Made by a program: the position numbers and the translations under genes
Assembly: GCA_002753515.1 (NCBI GenBank)
Contig: PEAK01000002.1
Location: 65,696 to 129,695 of the forward strand
From: Magnetococcales bacterium
GTDB lineage: Bacteria > Pseudomonadota > Magnetococcia > Magnetococcales > UBA8363
DNA length: 64,000 nt
Reading direction: 5' to 3'
Shown here: positions 34,978 to 43,895 of the stretch, piece by piece
Numbering within the stretch: position 1 is the first letter of the stretch
Layout of the letters: each line of letters begins with the position of its first letter
The notes under the pieces: generated by a model
What the model saw: only the letters and a program-made list of their open reading frames with translations
Databases searched by the model: none
What the model was told of the DNA's origin: nothing

Positions 34978-36339
34978 ATGCGTAAACAAATCGGTGTGAT
35001 CGTTCTGGGGCTGTTGCTGGCTGCGGTGATGGTTGCCCAATCGTCCCGGGCAACGCTTCCGACCCAGGTGAATGGCCAGCCGTTGCCATCCCTGGCGGAC
35101 ATGTTGGAAGCTGTGGTTCCCGCCGTGGTCAATATTACCACGGCGACCCGTATCCGCACCGTGGAGAATCCCCTGCTCCGTGACCCGTTTTTCAGTCGTT
35201 TTTTCAATCTGCCGCAGATGGAACGGGAAAAAACGCAGCAAAGTTTGGGTTCCGGGGTGATCATCGATGCGCAAAAGGGGTTGGTTGTAACCAACAACCA
35301 TGTCATTCAAAAGGCGGATACCATTTCGGTGACCTTGCGTGATGGGCGTACCTTGCAGGGCAAGCGGGTGGGTTTGGACGGCGATACCGATCTGGCCGTG
35401 ATTCAAATCCCTGCTGATGGACTCAAGGCGGTGGCCCCAGGTAATTCGGACTCGTTACGGGTTGGTGATTTTGTCGTGGCCATCGGCAATCCGTTCGGTT
35501 TGGGGCAAACGGTGACGTCAGGTATCGTCAGTGCCCTGGGTCGCAAAGGATTGGGGATCGATGGGTACGAAGATTTCATTCAGACCGATGCCTCCATCAA
35601 TCCGGGCAATTCGGGGGGGGCACTGGTCAATTTGCGCGGTGAACTTATCGGCATCAACACGGCTATACTTGCCCAGGGTGGTGGCAATGTGGGGATCGGG
35701 TTCGCCATTCCCATTGCCATGGTGCAACAAGTGGTGAAACAGCTCGTCCGCTTTGGCGAGGTACGGCGTGGTTTGATGGGGATCAGTTCCCAGGATTTGA
35801 CCCGGGAATTGGCCAAAGCCCTGGGGGGTAATCCGCGTCAGGGGGCGGTAATCACCCGGGTTGTCCCGAAATCGCCAGCGGACAAGGCGGGCTTGCGACC
35901 CGGGGATGTGGTGGTTGAGGTGAATGGCCGTCCTGTGCGGGATTCGGGGAGTTTGCGCAATGTATTGGGCCTTTCGATGATTGGCGAACAGGTTACCCTG
36001 GAGTTTTTGCGCGATGGCAAACCCAATCGGGTGACCGCCGAGATTACGGAACCGCGTGCCCGACGCGTGGAAGGCAAACGGATCGATGCGCGTTTTGTGG
36101 GGGCGCTACTGGAAATGGTGGAGGAGGGGGAGCAGGCACAGCCCATCGCTGTGGTCAGTGTCCAGCCTAAAAGTCCCGCCTGGCAGGCCGGGTTGCGGGA
36201 AGGGGATCGCATCCTGGCGGTTAACCGGCAGGTCGTCAACTCCTTTGAAGGGCTGGCGGCAATCGTCAAGCAGAATGATAGTGAGATGCTCCTTAACTTA
36301 CAACGTGGCCAGGAGGGGATTTATATCCTCGTGCATTGA
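34978..36339 (+). CDS. Periplasmic serine endoprotease, DegP/DegQ (HtrA) family, two PDZ domains
   Basis: Signal peptide. Catalytic triad contexts TNNHV, DLAVIQ and GNSGGALVN. Two PDZ-like segments (GAVITRVVPKSPADKAGLRPGDVV; VVSVQPKSPAWQAGLREGDRILAVN). Confidence 0.9.
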   Translation: MRKQIGVIVLGLLLAAVMVAQSSRATLPTQVNGQPLPSLADMLEAVVPAVVNITTATRIRTVENPLLRDPFFSRFFNLPQMEREKTQQSLGSGVIIDAQKGLVVTNNHVIQKADTISVTLRDGRTLQGKRVGLDGDTDLAVIQIPADGLKAVAPGNSDSLRVGDFVVAIGNPFGLGQTVTSGIVSALGRKGLGIDGYEDFIQTDASINPGNSGGALVNLRGELIGINTAILAQGGGNVGIGFAIPIAMVQQVVKQLVRFGEVRRGLMGISSQDLTRELAKALGGNPRQGAVITRVVPKSPADKAGLRPGDVVVEVNGRPVRDSGSLRNVLGLSMIGEQVTLEFLRDGKPNRVTAEITEPRARRVEGKRIDARFVGALLEMVEEGEQAQPIAVVSVQPKSPAWQAGLREGDRILAVNRQVVNSFEGLAAIVKQNDSEMLLNLQRGQEGIYILVH

Positions 36340-36420
36340 CAAGGGGGTGGGGATCCCCTTAACCAGGAGGGGGAGACCGTGTTGTTAAATCAAGGGGTTC
36401 ATGGGCGTAATAAAAGGTGA

Positions 36421-37503
36421 TTGATCGTGTTGGGTAGTCAAAAAGACAGGCATTCATCCCCTGGATTGAAGCGGAAATCGCGAGGTATCGGCGCGTTGTA
36501 TTCTTGTGCGACCGTGTTTTTTTGCTATTTCAGTCTGTCCATGGCATGCTCGTTGGCGGCTTTGGCCCCGGAGGATCCCCGTCCCCCCTTGGAACCCGAA
36601 CGCTCCTGGGACGCCATTGTGACCAAAAAAGAGAGTTTAATGGTCAAATATATGGATCTGGATCCGTTGGGACTGCACGGCCAGGGGCGCATGGTGCTAC
36701 ACTCGTTGCATCCCCTGGTGAACACCATTTCCTTTGACAAGGTGACGGGCAATCCTGAGTTGTGGCTGAAACGTATGGCGGGATTTTCGGCCTTGGCCCA
36801 TTGGTTGGTTACGCGGCAGCAGTTGGGGGAGATCAAACTGGCTGGCCTGGAGGTGTTAATGACCGCCGAAGGGATTGATTTCAAGTTTGATCGGGCCGAT
36901 ATCAAGGATGGGTATTTGCTTCAAGGACGTGGGCGCTTTGCGTTTGATGGACGATGGGCTGTACGCTCGGGGGCGTTATGGCTCAGCAGACCGCCGTTTA
37001 AGGATTTGGACAAACCTTTTGCCCGCCCCATGGGTTATGGCACTTTGGATGCTTATGGTGCCAAGGGGCGCTTCAAGGCGGTGATGGATGAGGCGTTTGC
37101 CTTGGATGCCAGTACCGGCCATGTGGAAGCCAATGCGGTTTGGAACGATGCGGTAACTCGCGGCGACATCGACAAGGTGGAGGCGGAATGGGGTGTGGAA
37201 ATGACCACATTTCGCGTCAGCGATGCCTTTTTTGAACAAGGTCCCCGGGATTTGTCGCATGAGTTATTGACTTATGCCGGTTTGACGCCAGCCTGGGGTA
37301 TGGCTTTTCCACGCATAACCTTGTCGGGCAGCGTCACCGGACCGAGCTATAAGGCCCATGCCTTGCGGTTGTCGTCACCTAGCTTGCAGGTGTGGGGCAC
37401 GGCCCATGGCATCTGGTATCCTTTGCCCGGTTCCATGAACGTGGAGGTGACTGCCAAAAGCCCCGGTCGGGATATGCGCCAGTTCGTCTGGCCGGGAAAA
37501 TAA
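36421..37503 (+). CDS. Hypothetical protein (start uncertain)
   Basis: Long ORF with coding-like composition and no recognisable motif. TTG 36421 would give a hydrophobic N-terminus (FFCYFSLSMACSLAALA). The ATG at 36640 has a better RBS (AAGAGAG). Confidence 0.4.
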   Translation: MIVLGSQKDRHSSPGLKRKSRGIGALYSCATVFFCYFSLSMACSLAALAPEDPRPPLEPERSWDAIVTKKESLMVKYMDLDPLGLHGQGRMVLHSLHPLVNTISFDKVTGNPELWLKRMAGFSALAHWLVTRQQLGEIKLAGLEVLMTAEGIDFKFDRADIKDGYLLQGRGRFAFDGRWAVRSGALWLSRPPFKDLDKPFARPMGYGTLDAYGAKGRFKAVMDEAFALDASTGHVEANAVWNDAVTRGDIDKVEAEWGVEMTTFRVSDAFFEQGPRDLSHELLTYAGLTPAWGMAFPRITLSGSVTGPSYKAHALRLSSPSLQVWGTAHGIWYPLPGSMNVEVTAKSPGRDMRQFVWPGK

Positions 37504-37556
37504 AGAAGAGAAAAGGAACGGGTCATGAGGATGATTCGTGTGCCGGGAAAAGTATT

Positions 37557-37583
37557 AAAGATTTTCCAGTATTTGCCCGACTT
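37557..37583 (+). promoter_or_regulatory. Putative sigma-28 (FliA)-type promoter upstream of motA
   Basis: TAAAGATT (37557-37564), an 11-nt spacer, then GCCCGACT (37576-37583). Compare the remembered consensus TAAAGTTT-N11-GCCGATAA. About 87 nt upstream of the motA ATG. Confidence 0.3.
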
Positions 37584-37669
37584 GATACCCATATCGGGGA
37601 ATGCTTGCTGTATGCGGTGCAGGACGTTTTCCAAGGGGCCTTTTTGTAACAACATGGGAAAATAATGGC

Positions 37670-38425
37670 ATGGATCTCGCAACAGTCATCGGAATGATTC
37701 TTGCGTTTGCTGCGGTTGTCGGTGGCATTCTGTTGAATAGTGGCCTGAAAGTGTTTTTCAACCTTCCAGGGCTTCTGATCGTGGTTGGGGGGACGGTGGG
37801 GGCGATGCTGATTCGCCACAAAATGGCCGATGTATTGGCTTCGTTCACCTTTTTGATGCGGGCGGTGATCGTCAAGACCCAGGACCCCGCCAAGGTGATC
37901 GGACAATTGATTGAAATGGCGACCATTGCCCGCAAAGATGGCATATTGGGATTGGAAAAGTTCAGGTCGGACAATCCTTTTTTGCAGGTGGCCATCAACC
38001 ATTGCGTCGATGGTGCCGATCCGGAATTTTTGGAAAGCGTTTTGACCAAGGAACTGAGTTACATGGCCCAACGCCATGCCCGGGGTATCAGTGTGTGGGA
38101 GGGTGTTGCGGAGATCGCCCCGGCTTTTGGCCTGATGGGAACCTTGGTCGGCCTGGTGCAAATGCTGGCCAACGCGTCGGATCCGTCGGCAGTGGGGCCA
38201 GGTATGGCCGTGGCGGTTTTGACCATTTTTTACGGCATGTTGATTGCTCATGGGATCGCCATTCCCATCTGTACGAAATTGGCGACCTACAGCAAAGAGG
38301 AACAAATGGTGCGTCAGGTCATCATCGATGGCATGATCGGCATCCAAAAAGGGGTGAGTCCCCGATTGTTGCATGAGGCGTTGCAAGCCGCCCTGCCGCC
38401 GGCGGAGCGCGGAGCCATGCCGTAA
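37670..38425 (+). CDS. motA: Flagellar stator A subunit (MotA/PomA family proton/ion channel)
   Basis: 251 aa. MDLATVIGMILAFAAVVGGILL, IAPAFGLMGTLVGLVQML and GPGMAVAVLTIFYGMLIAHGIAIPICTKL, with both conserved Pro contexts present. Confidence 0.85.
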   Translation: MDLATVIGMILAFAAVVGGILLNSGLKVFFNLPGLLIVVGGTVGAMLIRHKMADVLASFTFLMRAVIVKTQDPAKVIGQLIEMATIARKDGILGLEKFRSDNPFLQVAINHCVDGADPEFLESVLTKELSYMAQRHARGISVWEGVAEIAPAFGLMGTLVGLVQMLANASDPSAVGPGMAVAVLTIFYGMLIAHGIAIPICTKLATYSKEEQMVRQVIIDGMIGIQKGVSPRLLHEALQAALPPAERGAMP

Positions 38426-38476
38426 CGAACCGTGGCGCATTATCGGACGGGAAGATCTTACATGGACAGGTTTTAG

Positions 38477-39274
38477 TTGATGGCCCAGTGCCCCGCATGC
38501 AAAAAGCCAGTTGTGACGGGATTGAACTCGTTTTCCGGTTTGATGGTCCTGCTGTTGGCTGTCTCTCTTTGGATGCTCTCCTTTGCCCGGTTTGACGGGC
38601 CAAAGTTTGATGAAGCAGCGGGTTCCATTCGCCGCGCTTTGCATGCCCCGGCGCTTTCGGGCAGTTCCGCACCCCTGTCATCCTGTGGCCAGGAGCCAAG
38701 CCTTGCGGAATTCAATCAGGAAATCGTCCTGGTTCATCTCCTGGACCAGTTGAACGTGACGCTTGCCAAACAATTGACCAGTTCGGAAGCGGAGATTGTG
38801 GCGACGGATCGTGGCATCGTCGTTCGTTTGGCGGGTGATTTCCTGTTTCAGCCCGCCAATCTGCAATTTCGCAAGGAATCCCTGCCCGTGCTGCAGGGAT
38901 TGGCAACACTTTTGGCCGGGGTGGAGAATGCCGTGTTCGTCAGCGGTTATACCGATAATGCCCCCCCTCCGGCCGGTTTACCATTCCCATCCAATTGGGG
39001 GTATTCCGCCGGCATGGCGGCGAGTGTGGTACAATTCTTGAGTGAAACCTCCGGGATGGATCCGTCGCGTCTCCAGGCGCTGGGTCTGGGGGAGTTTTCG
39101 CCTCGCCAACCCAACGCTACCGATGCGGGCCGGGCCGCCAATCGCCGGATTGAACTGTTTATTTCGCGCATCAGACAGGCACCGGTCGTGGAAAAAGTCG
39201 TGCAACCGCCAAAACCAACCCAGGATGGGGAGCCGAAGGCCCCGACCTTGGAACCTGCGGCGGTGGTTCCCTGA
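38477..39274 (+). CDS. MotB-like stator B subunit with OmpA-like peptidoglycan-binding domain; conserved channel Asp absent
   Basis: C-terminal VFVSGYTDNAPP...FPSNWGYSAGMAASVV...GRAANRRIELFI. The single N-terminal TM, NSFSGLMVLLLAVSLWML, aligns with the canonical (Y/F)AD(L/F)MT(L/A)L motif but has SG in place of AD. In-frame stop (TAG) 6 nt upstream of the ATG rules out a longer N-terminus. Confidence 0.7.
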   Translation: MMAQCPACKKPVVTGLNSFSGLMVLLLAVSLWMLSFARFDGPKFDEAAGSIRRALHAPALSGSSAPLSSCGQEPSLAEFNQEIVLVHLLDQLNVTLAKQLTSSEAEIVATDRGIVVRLAGDFLFQPANLQFRKESLPVLQGLATLLAGVENAVFVSGYTDNAPPPAGLPFPSNWGYSAGMAASVVQFLSETSGMDPSRLQALGLGEFSPRQPNATDAGRAANRRIELFISRIRQAPVVEKVVQPPKPTQDGEPKAPTLEPAAVVP

Positions 39275-39292
39275 CAACCATGGAGAAGGGTC

Positions 39293-39889
39293 ATGGCAGC
39301 CGTTACACAAAAACCCGGGGATAATCAACAACGCGCCTTTGTACGCGTCGACGACTATTTGCCGTTGTCCTGGCGTCGGGTTGGGGCCGAAGAGTTTGCC
39401 GAGGTCATGGCAACCTACAAAAAGTCGCAAACCTTTCCCGTTGTGCCCGACGACATCCAGACGATTCTGACCAACCTGGAGGTCACCGATAAAATTGTGT
39501 TATTGGAGCGTTCCGATCCGGTATTGGCGCGTATTTTGGCGCGCATGGATATGAAGCTCAATATGTTGCTGAAGGTGTTTTATCCCGGTACCGAAGCCAG
39601 ACCCATGGTGCCCACCTGGGTGAACTTGAGTGGTGGTGGTGTGGCCTTCAAGGAGGCGGGCCTGGACGCCAAGGTGGATGACATTCTTGAACTCAGGTTG
39701 GCGTTGTCTCAAGATTCCTTGGCTTCCATCCAATGTTTTGCCCGGGTGGTGAAAATCTTCCCTCCCGACCAGGGCGGCTTGATCAAGGCGGCTTGCCAGT
39801 TTGAACCAATCCTCGATGGGGATCGGGAAAAGTTGATCCAGCATATTTTCAAGCGCCAGTCGGAATTGTTGCGGGCCAAACGGAGTTAA
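39293..39889 (+). CDS. PilZ-like c-di-GMP receptor candidate with a long helical insertion
   Basis: QQRAFVR (RxxxR, R14-R18) and NLSGGG (N-x-S-x-x-G, from N111) are both present but ~93 aa apart. The start lies 18 nt after the motB-like stop. Confidence 0.55.
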   Translation: MAAVTQKPGDNQQRAFVRVDDYLPLSWRRVGAEEFAEVMATYKKSQTFPVVPDDIQTILTNLEVTDKIVLLERSDPVLARILARMDMKLNMLLKVFYPGTEARPMVPTWVNLSGGGVAFKEAGLDAKVDDILELRLALSQDSLASIQCFARVVKIFPPDQGGLIKAACQFEPILDGDREKLIQHIFKRQSELLRAKRS

Positions 39890-41706
39890 TGGTCACGGTA
39901 ACAACTGGAAGATCTTTCATGGCAGAACATTTCGCAGACAGTGCGCAACCGGAAAATCTTTTATTTTGGTACCGCCGCGTTTCACCAGCGCAATTGGCGG
40001 TGATCCGGGAGTGTCGCACCAAGGGGGCACAGATGCCCGAGGCGCGACCGGGTATGGGGGAAGCGGTCGCGAGCCTTTTGGCCAAGGAGGCGGGGATCGT
40101 GCCATCGACGGCACCCCGGGGCCAACAGGGATTGGCCCGTGCCTCTGTTTTGGAGGCGATGAACCGTAAATTCAATTTATTGTTGGGATTGGTTTATCCG
40201 CCGGAGTCGGTGGTTCAGAGTGCCCCGGTGATGTTGGATCCGGATGGCGACGGGGTGGTGGCTTGGCTGAAGGATCCCAGCTTTGCTGAAAATGATTGTG
40301 TCGAATTACGGTTTCTTGCGAGTGCGAAACTGCCCTGGCCGTTTCACAGTTATTGCCGGGTGGCGCGGATGGTGCAGGAGAATTCGCGTCCTGGTGTTCG
40401 GGTGGAATTTCGCTTTGAAACGGTTCACCCGAATGTTCCCGGTACGGAATCGCCACCTGCCAGAAAGTTGCCACCTCCCAAGCGGGACAGTGTTCCAGCC
40501 AAACCTGTTGTTGCGCCCCCAAAACCTGTTGTTGTTCCCCCCAAGCCTGTTGCTCCTCCCCGGGTTGTGTCGGCTCCTCCTATCGCCAAACCGGTTAATC
40601 CCGTCACATCCGTTCGGACTCCCAAGCCGGATTTGCCCGAGCCGGTCAAGGTTGTCGCGGAGAAGGACGAGGATAAATACGAACGCATGTTGCAGGAAGG
40701 GATGAAACTGTCGCAAGCGAAGATTGGTGAGGCGGTTGCCAAAAAGGGGGGAGACCCTTTCCTGGCATCGCAACCCCAGGTGGACAAACGGCGGGATTTT
40801 CGCATCAATGATCGCATCCCCTTTATCTGGAGTCATGTCAGCGAAGAATCCTTCAAAGAGGCCATGGTGACATTTCACAAGGATAAAGCGTTCACACTGC
40901 GATCCATTATCCGCAATCAGCAAAAAATATTGACCGACCTGGCCAATGTTCAGGAGTTGCTGAAGCGCAAGCGCTCCAAGGCCAGAAAACATGTGGATTG
41001 GCATCGTGATCGACTCTCCTGGTTGTTTTTGCGGGCCGCTTCGGAAAACGAGGAGACCTATTATCAACACATGACCGAATTGTTTGTGGTCATTGCGAGT
41101 GATATGGCCAAGCAGGGGGGTGGGGCGATCAGTCAGTGGAGTATGCAGGCGTTATCGCTGCTGCGTAATATGATGGAACTCAAACAGACACGCGATCAGT
41201 CCAATCCCATCACCGAGGCCAACGCGGTCAAAAAGGCGGAGTCGGGATTGGCGGATGTGGAACGGCAGTTGCCCAAGGTGTTGGCCAAGGTGGAGGAGGG
41301 GGATCCGGCGTTGGCTGCCAAAATGACCATGTACAAAGAGGCGATTGGTGCCATCGATTTAACCCTCCATGATCGACCGGTTGGCAAGACGGCTGATGGC
41401 AAGGATCTTTATACCGTGAATATCAGTGCTACGGGACTGGCCTTTCGTACGCGCAGATTGTGGGTGAAAAAGGGTGACTTGTTGGAAATGCGGGTGTTTT
41501 TGAGCAGCGATGGCAAAAAATTTGAACCGGTCAATACCTATGGCCGGGTAGTGTTCGTCCATGGGCCGGTGGACAATAAACTCAAGGTGGCCACCTTTAT
41601 CGATCCCAAGCCCGCTTTGTACGAACAAAAAATTTACCTGCACATTGCCCGTCGGCAACGGGAAATGCTTTCGGAGCGGGCCTCCGTTCGGGATGACGAT
41701 TTTTAA
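39889..41706 (+). CDS. Two-module PilZ-like protein (degenerate N-terminal module, Pro-rich linker, C-terminal module with intact motifs)
   Basis: TAATG overlap with the previous gene. The C-terminal module has KRRDFR (301-305) and NISATG (from 511). The N-terminal module is paralogous (FWYRRVSPAQ, MNRKFNLLLGLVYPPE) but lacks both motifs. Linker KPVVAPPKPVVVPPKPVAPP. Confidence 0.55.
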   Translation: MVTVTTGRSFMAEHFADSAQPENLLFWYRRVSPAQLAVIRECRTKGAQMPEARPGMGEAVASLLAKEAGIVPSTAPRGQQGLARASVLEAMNRKFNLLLGLVYPPESVVQSAPVMLDPDGDGVVAWLKDPSFAENDCVELRFLASAKLPWPFHSYCRVARMVQENSRPGVRVEFRFETVHPNVPGTESPPARKLPPPKRDSVPAKPVVAPPKPVVVPPKPVAPPRVVSAPPIAKPVNPVTSVRTPKPDLPEPVKVVAEKDEDKYERMLQEGMKLSQAKIGEAVAKKGGDPFLASQPQVDKRRDFRINDRIPFIWSHVSEESFKEAMVTFHKDKAFTLRSIIRNQQKILTDLANVQELLKRKRSKARKHVDWHRDRLSWLFLRAASENEETYYQHMTELFVVIASDMAKQGGGAISQWSMQALSLLRNMMELKQTRDQSNPITEANAVKKAESGLADVERQLPKVLAKVEEGDPALAAKMTMYKEAIGAIDLTLHDRPVGKTADGKDLYTVNISATGLAFRTRRLWVKKGDLLEMRVFLSSDGKKFEPVNTYGRVVFVHGPVDNKLKVATFIDPKPALYEQKIYLHIARRQREMLSERASVRDDDF

Positions 41707-41724
41707 AAGCTCGGAAACCTACTC

Positions 41725-42768
41725 ATGAACGTAAGCATCGGCATGAACCTGCAGTCGGGTGCCTGGGGGGGGGGCAACCAGTTCGGGCGGGCCTTGAGTC
41801 AGTATTTACTGGATCATGGTCATCGGGTGAGTCACGATTTGTCGGAACGGGATCTGGATATCATCCTCTTGGCGGAACCGGATGCCCGATTAAAAATTTC
41901 CGCTTATGACCACCGGGCCATTCTTCGCTATCTGCTGCAAAAGAACAAGAACGCCATTGTCGTCCATCGCATCAACAATACCAGCGAGGCCAGGGACGAT
42001 GAAAAGAAAAAATTCAATAAATTCAGGATATATGCCAATCAGATCGCTGATCATACCGTTTTTGTCAGCCAATGGGTGAAGGAACGCTATGAAGAGGCGG
42101 GTTTTGCTGCGAAACGTCCCGTGAGCGTCATTTTGAATGGCAGCGACAATCGGTTATGGTCTCCCGGCCCGGCCAAGAAAACGCCGGGAAAGCGTTTCAA
42201 ACTGGTGACGCACCATTGGAGCAACCATTGGAACAAGGGGTTTGACGTCTATCATGAGCTGGATCAATTGCTGGCCCATCCCGGGTGGGCTTCCCGTTTG
42301 ACGATGACTTACATCGGCAGGGTGCCCAGCGATTTCCATTTTGTAGAGGTCCGACATGTGCAACCGTTATCGGGGGTGGCATTGGCGGAAGAGTTGCGGC
42401 AACACGATGCCTATATCACCGCATCCCGTTTTGAATCGGGGGGGCATCACAATTTGGAAGCGGGGCTGTGCGGCTTGCCATTGCTCTACTTGAACAGCGG
42501 TGCCATGGCGGAGTATTGTCAAGGTTTCGGGATTGAATACACCTTGGAAACCTTGGAGGAAAAGTTGGAGGAGATGCTGGCCACCTGGCCCCATTGGGTC
42601 GGACGTATGGCCGACTTTCCCCATACGGCGGATGCCATGTGTCAACGGTACCTGGACTTGTTCTCCGAGTTGCTTGCCAACCGCGATGACGTTTTGGCCC
42701 GGCGCCGCTGGTTCAAACGTATCCCCTGGATGGTGTCCGCCATGATGAAATCCAGCAGGCCAGCCTGA
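41725..42768 (+). CDS. GT-B fold glycosyltransferase (GT4/GT1-like)
   Basis: VFVSQWVKERYEEAGF...VILNGSDNRLWSP and the ITASRFESGGHHNLEAGLCGLPLLYLNSGAMAEY (E-x7-E-like) region. Confidence 0.55.
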   Translation: MNVSIGMNLQSGAWGGGNQFGRALSQYLLDHGHRVSHDLSERDLDIILLAEPDARLKISAYDHRAILRYLLQKNKNAIVVHRINNTSEARDDEKKKFNKFRIYANQIADHTVFVSQWVKERYEEAGFAAKRPVSVILNGSDNRLWSPGPAKKTPGKRFKLVTHHWSNHWNKGFDVYHELDQLLAHPGWASRLTMTYIGRVPSDFHFVEVRHVQPLSGVALAEELRQHDAYITASRFESGGHHNLEAGLCGLPLLYLNSGAMAEYCQGFGIEYTLETLEEKLEEMLATWPHWVGRMADFPHTADAMCQRYLDLFSELLANRDDVLARRRWFKRIPWMVSAMMKSSRPA

Positions 42769-43895
42769 TGGCGACTCTGCCGCCGGCAAGCGACTGGCCG
42801 GTTTTACAACGGGCTGTCGAAAACGCCTTTGCGCCACCGGCACCAGCAAGAAGCAAGAGTTCCCGTATCATTGATTCCATCATCCCCGCTTCCTGGAACC
42901 TATTCAGGAAAAAACGCTTTCCCAACGCTATTTACGTCTTGACCTACCACAGCGTTGTTGATCCCGGGCATCGGGAGATGTGGGAGCAGTGCTACCGCAA
43001 AGGGGAGACGACGGTTGTTCAATTGCACCGGCAATTGGAATTCATGATGCGCCACATGACCCCCGTGGCCTTGAGTTCTGTGCCGCAATTATGGGCTGAG
43101 GGGGGGCTGGATCGTCCCTGTTTCGTGGTGACCTTTGATGATGGTATGACCAACAATCGCACCCATGCGCATGCTATCGTCCGCTCTTTGGGTATCACCC
43201 CTACTGTTTTTGTCTGTTCCGAGTTCGCCAGGCAGCGACAAACATTCTTCCGGGTATTGGCAGCGGTCCTGGTGCAGCAAGGGTATGCCTCTCGGTTGGC
43301 GGCCAATTTGCGCGCCAGTTTTCCGCAATGGGTGTGGCCGGATGACGGGGAGGCGTTGTTCAACGCGACGAAGGGTCACTATTGCGGTGGCGCGATGGTG
43401 GACGTGATCGATGCCACGTATCGTGCATGCCTGGGGGATCCCCGGGGGCTTGCCGTCCATTTGGATCGGGATGGGGTGGCGTACCTGGCAAAAAACGGTT
43501 GGGAGATCGGAAACCATACCCGATCCCACCACCTTCTGGCTTGGCAAACCCGGGAAGAGGTGGTCCAGGCCATTCAGGGGAATGCCGATGATTGGCGGGA
43601 GGAGGGGATTCCACTGATTGACTTCATCGCCTATCCCATTGGTCGTGCCCGGGATGTCGGGCCTGATGTTTGGCAGGCGATGCAACGGTTTCCCCATTTG
43701 CATGGCCTGTTTTGCAATGGTGGCGTCAATTTTTCGTTAAACCGCTGCGAATGGATGCGTTTCAGTTTCGGGCGGCATACCGACCCGGACGTACTGGAAA
43801 AGATTATCAATCAGGAGGTCCAGAGAACGCGGATTGCCCGGGCTACTCTACCATCGTCCCAGGAAGGCCCCTTCCAAAACCCAGCGGCGCCGTAG
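42768..43895 (+). CDS. Polysaccharide deacetylase (NodB homology domain)
   Basis: FVVTFDDGMTNN and GNHTRSHHLL motifs. The start overlaps the GT stop (TGATG). Confidence 0.75.
   Translation: MATLPPASDWPVLQRAVENAFAPPAPARSKSSRIIDSIIPASWNLFRKKRFPNAIYVLTYHSVVDPGHREMWEQCYRKGETTVVQLHRQLEFMMRHMTPVALSSVPQLWAEGGLDRPCFVVTFDDGMTNNRTHAHAIVRSLGITPTVFVCSEFARQRQTFFRVLAAVLVQQGYASRLAANLRASFPQWVWPDDGEALFNATKGHYCGGAMVDVIDATYRACLGDPRGLAVHLDRDGVAYLAKNGWEIGNHTRSHHLLAWQTREEVVQAIQGNADDWREEGIPLIDFIAYPIGRARDVGPDVWQAMQRFPHLHGLFCNGGVNFSLNRCEWMRFSFGRHTDPDVLEKIINQEVQRTRIARATLPSSQEGPFQNPAAP

Noticed and set aside
34354-35406. 350-aa minus-strand ORF (and similar long antisense ORFs at 37523-38644, 23515-24318, 14454-15458, 17030-18028, 19857-20627, 62009-62854, 40306-41070)
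   Set aside because: Each lies antisense to a gene with clear family motifs. Their products are Arg/Gly/His/Pro-rich low-complexity translations typical of the reverse frame of GC-rich coding DNA, and they lack RBSs.
37670-39274. MotAB-derived anti-phage system (Zorya-like)
   Set aside because: The MotA homolog is of ordinary stator length (251 aa) and lacks the long C-terminal helical tail expected of ZorA. No ZorC-, ZorD- or ZorE-like nuclease or helicase genes follow. The neighbours are PilZ, glycosyltransferase and deacetylase genes.
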